Positions 56,310 to 64,000 of a stretch of 64,000 bases of DNA are shown here, piece after piece. The stretch comes from Actinomycetes bacterium (lineage in GTDB: Bacteria; Actinomycetota; Acidimicrobiia; Acidimicrobiales; RAAP-2): contig JAJYAC010000003.1 of NCBI GenBank assembly GCA_021779735.1, positions 1,702-65,701 on the forward strand. The letters are read 5' to 3'. Position numbers and translations under genes: made by a program. A model generated the notes under the pieces. The model ran no database searches. It was given only the letters and a program-made list of their open reading frames with translations, and was not told the DNA's origin. Numbering within the stretch: position 1 is the first letter of the stretch; each line of letters opens with the position of its first letter.

Positions 56310-57809
56310 TCACGCGGGGCACGTCGTGGACGTGCCGGTGGCGGGCAGTCCCGCCGCCAGGGCGAGGGCGCCCTCGATCACGCACTTCATGATGGGTCCC
56401 GCGATCGCCGCACCCGTGCCCGAGACGGCTTGGAACGGCACCACGACGGCGACGGCGACCTCCGGGTGACTCGCGGGTGCGAAGGCGATCATCCAGTCAT
56501 CGGTACTCGTGTTGGTCGCCGTGAGGCTCGTCTGGGCGGTGCCGGTCTTCGCGCCGACCTCGTCGGCCGCGAGAAACCACCCGGCCGCCGTGCCGAAGCG
56601 CGCGACGTCTTGCATCAGGGGCACGATGCGCGCCGCCTGAGCGCCACTCAGGGGCTGCTTCCACACGCTGTCCTTGAAGCGACTGATGACCGTTCCGTCG
56701 GGGCCGGTGACGTAGTCCATCAGGTGGGGCGTCATGATGGTCCCGCCGTTGGCAATCGCCGCGGCCACCATCGCGTTCTGCAACGCGGACTCGCGCACGT
56801 TCTGCTGACCGATCGCCGAGTAGGCAACGCCCGGCAGGTTGGTGAGAAACGAGGCGGCCGGCGGGAAGTAGCTCGCCACGACGCCCGGCAAGTCGAGGGG
56901 TGGCGTCGTGTTGAAACCGAAGGCGTTCGCCGTCGTCGCGAGCACGTCGCCACCCAGATCGAGCCCGAGCGAGGCGTAGCCCGGGTCGCACGACGGCGGA
57001 AGCATTTCCTGCACGTCGCCACCGCAGGGGACGTTGCCGAAGTTGTGTAGCAAGACGTTGGACTGCGGCAGGTGAATGAAGGGGACCGACGGGTACTTCT
57101 TGAACCACAGCTGGGGCTTGCCCAACAGCACCGCGCTCGTGGTGACGATCTTGAAGGTCGAGCCGGGCGGGAACGTCTGCTGGGTGGCCACGAGTCCCAG
57201 TGGCGGAAGTCCGTGGGCGTCCTTCGTGTTGATGGCCAACCACGCGGCCTTGGCCACTTGGTAGTTCGGCGAGGTGAGCGGCGTGGGGTTGTAGTTGGGG
57301 TTCGAGTACATGGCGAGGACGGCGCCGGTTTGGGGGTTGATGGCCACCACCGCGCCGTCTCGCCCGGCGAGACCACTGCGGGCGATGCGCTGAAGCGCGG
57401 GCTCCAAGGTCAGGTTCAGTGAGTCGGCGGCACTGGTGGGAGCGAGCACCTGAGCGAGACTCTGGGCCGGCTGGGCGTGGGGGCTCAGGACGTTGCTGTA
57501 CTGGGCCTCGAGACCCCAGATGTAGCTCGGACCCGCGAAACCCACCACACCCGACGTGAGCGATCCGAGGGGATATACGCGCCGGTACCGGTAGAAGCCC
57601 GCCGTGGGCACCGATTCCGCGAGCACGGTGCCGTCGGCCGCGACGATTTGACCACGCGGGAACTGGCTCGACGTTGAGGAGTTGCGCGGGTTCAGCGGCG
57701 ACGCGTCGAGGGCCGACGCGCGAAAGAACTGCACGTTCATCGCCTGGACCGCGACGGCGACGAAGAGCAGCACGATCACGATCGCAAAGACGGTGAGTCG
57801 CCGCGACAT
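56310..57809 (-). CDS. pbpA: Class B penicillin-binding protein PbpA
   Basis: RGQIVAADG, PPGSTFK (SxxK), SCD, AIGQ, AKTGTAQ. Confidence 0.88.
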   Translation of the reverse strand: MSRRLTVFAIVIVLLFVAVAVQAMNVQFFRASALDASPLNPRNSSTSSQFPRGQIVAADGTVLAESVPTAGFYRYRRVYPLGSLTSGVVGFAGPSYIWGLEAQYSNVLSPHAQPAQSLAQVLAPTSAADSLNLTLEPALQRIARSGLAGRDGAVVAINPQTGAVLAMYSNPNYNPTPLTSPNYQVAKAAWLAINTKDAHGLPPLGLVATQQTFPPGSTFKIVTTSAVLLGKPQLWFKKYPSVPFIHLPQSNVLLHNFGNVPCGGDVQEMLPPSCDPGYASLGLDLGGDVLATTANAFGFNTTPPLDLPGVVASYFPPAASFLTNLPGVAYSAIGQQNVRESALQNAMVAAAIANGGTIMTPHLMDYVTGPDGTVISRFKDSVWKQPLSGAQAARIVPLMQDVARFGTAAGWFLAADEVGAKTGTAQTSLTATNTSTDDWMIAFAPASHPEVAVAVVVPFQAVSGTGAAIAGPIMKCVIEGALALAAGLPATGTSTTCPA

Positions 57810-59020
57810 CAGCCGACCTTCTTGGTCGTCGTCGTGGTCACGCCCGACGTGCTCGTCACGACGGTCGTCGTGGGAGTCGCGGGCTGGCTGAGGCGCCAGG
57901 CGTTGTGCAGGTAGGTGGCGTAGTTCAGCGCCGCCGTGAGCGTCGGCTCACTAATGGTGTGAGCGAGGGCCCGCTGGTCGAGTGGGCGCAACTGCGAGAC
58001 CGAGTACGCCGTGTCGGTGATCTTGTGGGCCTTGTACCAGAGCACGCCCTGGGGCTGACCCTGAAAGACCGCCACGACGCCCGCGTCCTCTCCGAGGAAG
58101 TAGGTGGAGTACGCGTACCAGCGCACCACGGCGATGCCCCCCGCCACGACGGCCGCCAGTACGACGAGCGCGGCCACGACGCGCCACGTGAATCGCGACG
58201 CGGGTCGCGAGCGACGGTACGATCGCGTCCCTGATAGAGCCGCCGCCGGTGGACGCGCCGTCGAGACCGTGCGCTTGATGGGCGTCGCGGTATTGGTGAC
58301 CTCGTCGAACTCGACGAGGATGGCCGAGATGTTGTCGTGGCCCCCAGCGCTGCGCGCAGCGTCGACAAGAGCGCTCACGGCTTCGTCAAGGGGAGCCGGA
58401 GCGCTCGCGAGTTGGGCGATGGTCTCGGCGCTGAGTTCATTGGACAGGCCGTCGCTACAGAGCAGCAGTCGGTCCCCGGGACTCGCCACCACGCTCACCA
58501 CGTCGACGTCGACCGACTCTTCGACGCCGAGGGTTCGCGTCAGCTGGTGGCGCCGGGGGTGCACCAGCGCCTCCTCCGGCGTGAGTCGTCCCATGCGCAC
58601 CCACTCTTCGGCCACACTGTGGTCCTCGCTCAACTGGCGCAGCGCGCCGTCGCGCAACTGGTAGGCGCGCGAGTCGCCGACGTTGAACAAGGTCGGCGAG
58701 ATGACGCCGTCGCCGTCTTCGGTCAGACCCACGGCGATCACCGTCGTGCCCATGCCGAAGTGTTCGGGCGTCTCGCGAGCGTCGCTCAAGATCTGACGAT
58801 TCGCTTCCTCAATGGCACGCTGAAGGCCCTCGACCGTCGGACGCAGGTGAAAGTCGAAGTCGAGCAGTTCAACCGCCATCGCCGAGGCAACCTCGCCGGC
58901 GGCGTGGCCCCCCATGCCATCGGCCACCACCGCCATCATGTCGTCGACGAAGATGGCGTCCTCATTCAGATCTCTCACGAGTCCGGTATCGGTGGCCGCG
59001 GCGTAGCGCCAGCGCGTCAA
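57809..59020 (-). CDS. pstP: PP2C-type Ser/Thr phosphatase PstP
   Basis: R..NED, VADGMGGHAAGEVAS, VGDSRAY, CSDGL, GGHDNIS, TM helix plus extracellular domain. Confidence 0.92.
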   Translation of the reverse strand: MTRWRYAAATDTGLVRDLNEDAIFVDDMMAVVADGMGGHAAGEVASAMAVELLDFDFHLRPTVEGLQRAIEEANRQILSDARETPEHFGMGTTVIAVGLTEDGDGVISPTLFNVGDSRAYQLRDGALRQLSEDHSVAEEWVRMGRLTPEEALVHPRRHQLTRTLGVEESVDVDVVSVVASPGDRLLLCSDGLSNELSAETIAQLASAPAPLDEAVSALVDAARSAGGHDNISAILVEFDEVTNTATPIKRTVSTARPPAAALSGTRSYRRSRPASRFTWRVVAALVVLAAVVAGGIAVVRWYAYSTYFLGEDAGVVAVFQGQPQGVLWYKAHKITDTAYSVSQLRPLDQRALAHTISEPTLTAALNYATYLHNAWRLSQPATPTTTVVTSTSGVTTTTTKKVG

Positions 59021-59460
59021 CGAATCACCTCGAGCAACACACCACCAACCTGGACGATGTCACCGCGCTCGAGCAGAACTCGACCTCGCACCATCTCCTG
59101 GTTGACGTAGGTACCGTTGGTCGAACCCAGGTCCTCGAGAGTCAGGTCGTCGCCGTCGTGGGCGAAGCGCGCGTGGCGCGACGACAGGTAGGTGTCATTG
59201 AGGATCACGTCGCACTCCGCGCTTCGCCCGATGACGACCGCCGGTTCCACGTCAATACGTTCGCCCTTTAGCTCACGCGGCTCGATGTAGCGCAAGGCGA
59301 GCGCTTGAACCCGACGCCGGCGCGAGGATCCCTCCACGGGCTTGGCCTCGATCATCGCAACGCGAATCACGCGGGCAAAGAAGAGCAGCGCAATGATCAT
59401 GATGATCAATTGCAGCGGGCGAACGAGCGCCGCGTAGTTCGACGCCGCGAGCAGACTCAA
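59017..59460 (-). CDS. fhaB: Membrane-anchored FHA domain protein (FhaB/FipA)
   Basis: TM helix then IGRS..C..., SSRHA, DLGSTNGTYVN. Confidence 0.82.
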   Translation of the reverse strand: MSLLAASNYAALVRPLQLIIMIIALLFFARVIRVAMIEAKPVEGSSRRRRVQALALRYIEPRELKGERIDVEPAVVIGRSAECDVILNDTYLSSRHARFAHDGDDLTLEDLGSTNGTYVNQEMVRGRVLLERGDIVQVGGVLLEVIR

Positions 59461-60104
59461 GCGAGCTCAATCCGAAAGTGGAGCGGGCCAATGGTGACGT
59501 CGTCGCGCGGCGAGAGCGACACGGCGCTGATGCGATGCCCGTTGACGTACGTACCGTTCGTTGACTGCAGGTCGCGTACCGCCACCCCGTCGGTCGTGCG
59601 CCAGAACTCGGCGTGGCGGCGTGACACGTTGGCGTCGTTGATCACGACGTCCACCTCAGGACTACGCCCGACGATCAGGGGTTTATCCCCCACGCTGAAG
59701 GCCCGGCCGTCGTCGGCGAGCAGACGCGGCTGTGAGTCTCCCGCCGCGAAGTCCGTCTGAACGGCGACGTCGCCGCGCTTGAGGTCGTCATCGACGAACA
59801 CTTCGACGACGACGGGTCCGATGAAGTTGTAACCCTCGCTGATCGCGTGCTGGCGTACGGTTTCGGCGAGCTCGCTGATCAGTGCCTTCTGGAATCCCTC
59901 GAAGCGCTCGGCGTCCTCAGGACTAAGCCAGACGCGCACCTCGTTGGGCGAGATCGGCCCGTGTCCCGAAAGACGTCGGGTCAGGTCGACCTCGCGCACG
60001 ATGCGCTGGCCGATTTCAATGGGCTGCAAGCCCCCCTTGAACGGTCGCGATAGCGTGCGTTCAAAGATCCGCTCGAGCCGGTTTTCCACACCCTTGAGTA
60101 CCAT
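59457..60104 (-). CDS. fhaA: DUF3662 plus FHA domain protein (FhaA)
   Basis: E.RLER, LQPIEI, PN...V.LS, then VGRS, VSRRHA, STNGTYVNG. Confidence 0.88.
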   Translation of the reverse strand: MVLKGVENRLERIFERTLSRPFKGGLQPIEIGQRIVREVDLTRRLSGHGPISPNEVRVWLSPEDAERFEGFQKALISELAETVRQHAISEGYNFIGPVVVEVFVDDDLKRGDVAVQTDFAAGDSQPRLLADDGRAFSVGDKPLIVGRSPEVDVVINDANVSRRHAEFWRTTDGVAVRDLQSTNGTYVNGHRISAVSLSPRDDVTIGPLHFRIELA

Positions 60105-60188
60105 GACTATCCAATCGTACCGGTGGTTTTGGCGCTCCGGGAGGCGCGAAACGCACCAGTTCCCGGTGCACTAAGGTGTCTAGGCCCA

Positions 60189-60274
60189 GGGCGAGTGGCG
60201 AAATGGCAGACGCGCAGGCTTCAGGTGCCTGTATTCGAAAGGATGTGCGGGTTCAAGTCCCGCCTCGCCCACCA
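60189..60274 (+). tRNA. tRNA-Leu (CAG)
   Basis: GGGCGAGTGGCGAAATGGCAGACGC-GCAGGC-TTCAGGT-GCCTG, long variable arm, GGTTCAAGTCC, CCA end. Confidence 0.97.
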
Positions 60275-60342
60275 TTTTGATGTCTCAGGAATCCTGAGAC
60301 TAAGCGTCTGAGACACCATGATCCCAGTCACCTCGCCCACCA
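60263..60342. repeat. 12-bp duplication of the tRNA-Leu 3' end around a palindrome
   Basis: CCTCGCCCACCA at 60263-60274 and 60331-60342, with GTCTCAGGA-A-TCCTGAGAC between them. Confidence 0.6.
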
Positions 60343-60513
60343 CGAGAGTGCTGGGCCCGGACAGCCCGCTCACTTTCGCGGTGATCTCATCGCAGAGACC
60401 CGGGACTCACCCACAAGTAGACCCAGTCGCGACGACGCAACAAGAGTCCTCGCCGCCGGACTTTCGCGAACGGACCCAGCGGATCCTGCTCGCCTCGATG
60501 CGATTCGCACCCG

Positions 60514-61449
60514 TCAGGGATGTGACGCCAGCGCGAGTCGTGCCGAGGCGATGCGCGAGACCCCCCACCCGGCAACGACGAGGGAGACGAGCATGATCGC
60601 CACGTTTAGCGTCATCGGCGTCGACCAGGGAAAGTGCGACGTTTTGGGCGCAGTTCCCTGGAAGAACCAGGGAGCGTGACGGCCCACGTCGAGCCACCAC
60701 GCGAGAGCGCTCGCAGTCAGGCACGCCGCGGCCCCCGCCACCCCAACGGCCAGCAGACCCTCGACGCGCCACACGAGTGAGTCAATCTCCATCGTGGTGA
60801 CAGTGTTCATCGCGGCGGCCGTCCACAGGCTTAGCGCGACGACGCCCAGAGCCGCGACGAGCAGGAACGCCACGCCGTAGGCGGCGTCGCCACCGTTTCG
60901 TTGCGACGCGCTGAGATGGTGCGCCCACCAGACCAGACCCAACGTCGCGACGCCGAGGAGAGCCGACGCCGCGAGCGCGCGAGTAACCGCGCCGCGCACG
61001 TGTGTCCAGCCCCCCGAGGCAATGAAGCGCACGAATGCCGGCAGGCAGGTCAGCGCAGCGACGACGACCAGCAACGAGCCCACGAGACCGGCGCCCACCG
61101 CCACGTCGTAGGCCACCTGGGCGTCGGCACGAGTCGAGAACGCCATCGCGCCCGAGAAGTGCTCGGCGGACTTGGCCAAGCCAACGCCACCGACCACCAT
61201 GCCCGCCCACGCCGCGAGCACCAGGAGGGACCCGCCACGGCGGCGCGCGTCGCTCGAGGCGGCCTCGCCAACGATGCCCGACTCGTGGAAACGCTCACGC
61301 AGCCCCGCGGCCGCGATCCTCGCGCGAGGCCACCAGCCCAGACCCTCACCGTCGAGCTGGTCCTCGAGCAGAGCGAGGAACTCCTCGCCGTAGCGTGCAC
61401 GCCACGCGCTCGGGTACCAGCGCAGCAGGCGCTCGGGCCGGCGATTCAC
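60514..61449 (-). CDS. PadR-associated membrane protein
   Basis: LLRWYPSAWRARYGEEF..LL motif then about six TM helices. GTGA-coupled to padR. Confidence 0.75.
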   Translation of the reverse strand: MNRRPERLLRWYPSAWRARYGEEFLALLEDQLDGEGLGWWPRARIAAAGLRERFHESGIVGEAASSDARRRGGSLLVLAAWAGMVVGGVGLAKSAEHFSGAMAFSTRADAQVAYDVAVGAGLVGSLLVVVAALTCLPAFVRFIASGGWTHVRGAVTRALAASALLGVATLGLVWWAHHLSASQRNGGDAAYGVAFLLVAALGVVALSLWTAAAMNTVTTMEIDSLVWRVEGLLAVGVAGAAACLTASALAWWLDVGRHAPWFFQGTAPKTSHFPWSTPMTLNVAIMLVSLVVAGWGVSRIASARLALASHP

Positions 61450-61778
61450 GGGCCAACCTGCGCGAGTCGAAGGCGAGTGGCACCGACCCGGGCGAGACGT
61501 CGCATCTCGCTGGTCACCTCACGCAGCGCCACGGCCCCGCTCGCGGTGAGGCGATAAGGCTGTCGGCGTTCGTCGCTACCCACCGGTTCGATCAACCCCT
61601 GCTCCTCCAGCCGCGTCAGGGCTCCGTAGAGCGTTCCGGGACCCAACGTGACACCGGCGAACCCCTCGACGTCCTTGAGCAGGGCGTAGCCGTGCTTGGG
61701 GCCCGACGCGAGGCTCGTGAGCAGGAGTAGCGAGGGATCATTCGGGCGACGAAGCCCGCGTGTCGCGTTCGTGACCAT
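61446..61778 (-). CDS. PadR-family regulator
   Basis: L..GPKHGYAL, LGPGTLYGAL.RL, RRQPYRLT. Confidence 0.92.
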   Translation of the reverse strand: MVTNATRGLRRPNDPSLLLLTSLASGPKHGYALLKDVEGFAGVTLGPGTLYGALTRLEEQGLIEPVGSDERRQPYRLTASGAVALREVTSEMRRLARVGATRLRLAQVGP

Positions 61779-61788
61779 GACGTCAGAC

Positions 61789-61807
61789 TACTACGTACCA
61801 CGTAGTA
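61789..61807. promoter_or_regulatory. Putative PadR autoregulatory operator
   Basis: Perfect inverted repeat TACTACGT-N3-ACGTAGTA 10 bp upstream of the padR ATG. Confidence 0.65.
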
Positions 61808-61826
61808 TTGCCAAGCCCGTCGTGAG

Positions 61827-63446
61827 TTACTTTCTGCGGTACCCCACTGGACAGCGGGGATTGACGGCGGTCACTCTCCTCGTGGTGTGGCCCCTCACGC
61901 AGAAAATCGAGGTTCGCCGCGGGGGAGTCGGCTCCACGACACCCCCGGCGACGGTGACGGTCCGCGGCGCCGACGCGATGCCGTTGGCGATCACGCGCAG
62001 CGTCGAGGGCCCGTCGTCGGCGCTCGCGGGAACGACGAAGCTCGTCGACGAACTCGCCCCCGGAGTGATTGACGTGGACGAAAAGTCGAAGGTGCGCGCG
62101 TAGGTCACCTGCCCTGTGCGATCGTTCCTCAGCTGGACCAACGGGTAGTTCGTCGCGTTGGTCAGGTCGTCGCCGAAGTACGAGCCCTGATCGAGTCCAC
62201 TCAGCTGGGTCCCGCTGAGCGTGTAGGGCGTACGCGCAACGAGCTGGGTGGGCAGCGTGCGAATGCTCGGTCGCCACGTTGCGGCGGGTACCCCGCCGCC
62301 GTTGTAGACCTCCATCGACCGGGGCCCGTTGCGGTCATTGACGAGAACTTGCCCCGTGGGCAAGATGAGCGCGTTGCAGTAGTTCGACTGCTCCCTCGTC
62401 GAGGCCATGCCCACGTCGTTGGGGACCGGAGTGATCCGTGTGCCATCAAAGAGGAACCACGCCGTCGGTGGATTCATTCCCGGACTCGCATTAAAGAGCA
62501 CGTTGCCGTCGGGTAGCACCGCCGAGCACGAATCCGTCGCGGTCATCTGTGCGCCGTTGACGACGGGCATCGATGGGCCGGGCGACCACGTCGCGCTCGA
62601 CGTGTCAAAGAGCGCGGTGGCTCCCGTCGCGCCCTCGGCGAAGACCTCACCGGTGGGCATGAGAGTGGCCGGGCCCACCTCTCCACTCGCGTCGTCGAGC
62701 GCCGTGGGCGTGTGGCCGGCCGATGTCCACGTTCCGCTCGCGGGGTCGTAGACCTCGCTGTTAGTCGAGGGCCCCGCGCCAGAGGAGCCCGTGTTGACGT
62801 CGAGAACCTTTCCGTTCGGTAGCAGCGTGAAACCCTCTTCCGTATTGGGATCAGCCTTGCCCGTACCGGTGGAAGTCCACGTGGCGCTGGACTCGTCGAA
62901 GAGCGCCTGGCACGTCGTCGCGGAACCAGAGTCGCCGAGCAGGAACACACCAGTGGCGAGCACCACCGAGGGCGCGTCGGCGATGTGGGCCCAGCAGCCC
63001 TGGCCGCCCTGGGGGGGCGACACCGGCGCCCACTGGTTGGCGACGGGGTCGTAGATCGCCCCCTGGTTCGTCCCCGACCAGGTCGCGGTGCCGTTGAACT
63101 CGCCGCCCTCGATGAGGAGCCGGCCATCGGCCAGCACTCCGGAGGCGAAGTACAGCGGTCCGTAGCCGGTAGGCAGCGACGCCGCCACACTCCAGGTGCC
63201 CTGGGCGTAGCTGCCGCTGGCCGACGGTGTCAGGAGCCACCACCCCGAGGAGCCGGCATTACTGGGGCCCTGATCCGACACCAGTACCTGGCCGTCGGTC
63301 ATGAGAAACATCGCGCCGGGGTCACCCGGGGCCGCGCTGACGGACTGCCAGGTCGGTAGTGGCGCCGAGGACGCTCCGCGCGCGCCCACTCCCATCGCGA
63401 GCGCGAACAACACCAGCACCATCGTCACCACGACGTCTCGGCGCAT
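61827..63446 (-). CDS. Secreted kelch-repeat (galactose oxidase-like propeller) protein with Ig-like domain and C-terminal Cys motif
   Basis: Signal peptide, repeated L.DG.VL / LLPNGKVL / YDP..W blades, LRVIANGIAS. Confidence 0.8.
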   Translation of the reverse strand: MRRDVVVTMVLVLFALAMGVGARGASSAPLPTWQSVSAAPGDPGAMFLMTDGQVLVSDQGPSNAGSSGWWLLTPSASGSYAQGTWSVAASLPTGYGPLYFASGVLADGRLLIEGGEFNGTATWSGTNQGAIYDPVANQWAPVSPPQGGQGCWAHIADAPSVVLATGVFLLGDSGSATTCQALFDESSATWTSTGTGKADPNTEEGFTLLPNGKVLDVNTGSSGAGPSTNSEVYDPASGTWTSAGHTPTALDDASGEVGPATLMPTGEVFAEGATGATALFDTSSATWSPGPSMPVVNGAQMTATDSCSAVLPDGNVLFNASPGMNPPTAWFLFDGTRITPVPNDVGMASTREQSNYCNALILPTGQVLVNDRNGPRSMEVYNGGGVPAATWRPSIRTLPTQLVARTPYTLSGTQLSGLDQGSYFGDDLTNATNYPLVQLRNDRTGQVTYARTFDFSSTSITPGASSSTSFVVPASADDGPSTLRVIANGIASAPRTVTVAGGVVEPTPPRRTSIFCVRGHTTRRVTAVNPRCPVGYRRK

Positions 63447-63541
63447 GAAGTAGTCCCCCCGTAGCGCCTCGATGACCAGGCGCACCCTCTTCGCGACAGG
63501 TACTTTGAGGCTAGTCGTGGGTGGTGCGAGGGTGCGAGGCG

Positions 63542-64000
63542 CTACGCGGAGGTGTCGACGCTCGCTCGCTCCCGCGCCCCGTCCTCACCGAGCGAGAGGT
63601 AGTGCTCCTCTTCCTGGGCCGTGTGCAACTTCAAGATCGCGTGCAGTCCGTAGAGGACACTGCGCAGTTCCGTCAAGTCCATGTCGTCGGGCACCGCGTC
63701 GCCGATTTCGTCGATCAGTTGTCCCAAACGGCGGATGCGGTGTGCGATCTCGACGTGCGCGCGACTCATCGTACCCATGGGGTCGCTTCCGCCGAAGAAG
63801 CGTCCGAGAACCGGGTAGAGAATCGTCTCTTCCGCCGCCTCGTGTGGCGCCACGTCTTCGACCAACATGCGATTCACCTCGCGCACCGCCGCCATGACCT
63901 CGTGGCGACCCAGCGCGTCGAGCGAGACCGCGGCGTCGAGAAGGTGGGCGATCACCTCCTCCACGGCCTCGTGTTCGTCATGGAAGCGCCGCGTAAGGGC
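63542..64000 (-). CDS. Hemerythrin-like domain, C-terminal part of a larger protein (possibly a P1B-5 heavy-metal ATPase)
   Basis: EH, HEAAEE..LYP, MSRAHVEI, LYGLHAILKLHTAQEEE.Y. The frame is open to the window end. Confidence 0.7.
   Translation of the reverse strand, partial: ALTRRFHDEHEAVEEVIAHLLDAAVSLDALGRHEVMAAVREVNRMLVEDVAPHEAAEETILYPVLGRFFGGSDPMGTMSRAHVEIAHRIRRLGQLIDEIGDAVPDDMDLTELRSVLYGLHAILKLHTAQEEEHYLSLGEDGARERASVDTSA

Noticed and set aside
57815-57880. GTC/GAC-type trinucleotide runs
   Set aside because: They encode the Thr-rich C-terminal tail of PstP and are not an independent repeat element.

Overview
High-GC actinobacterial chromosome segment, most consistent with Acidimicrobiia. 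This rests on the pknB/crgA/fhaA cluster, senX3-regX3, ctaA/ctaB and basic Thr/Asn-rich secreted proteins. The window holds about 65 CDS and four tRNAs (Arg-ACG, Ala-TGC, Ile-GAT, Leu-CAG), with no CRISPR array, rRNA or intact transposase/integrase. Family calls come from motif recognition by eye; no database was searched. Most notable: (1) a compact, translationally coupled five-gene type IV secretion/conjugation-like operon (pilin, VirB6, PrgI-like, VirB4, VirD4) with no relaxase, integrase or att sites, wedged between senX3-regX3 and a ROK/polyphosphate glucokinase, which looks domesticated; (2) a three-gene cytochrome b6/subunit-IV-like operon with no Rieske or cytochrome c subunit and shortened Qo-side loops, beside heme O/A synthesis genes; (3) an orphan catabolic island with an Asp-to-Cys variant M24 enzyme and a shared operator-like motif; (4) a tRNA-Ile-anchored mini-island with a toxin-antitoxin pair and 17-bp tandem repeats; (5) a pstP-pbpA-pknB cluster lacking rodA and pknA.
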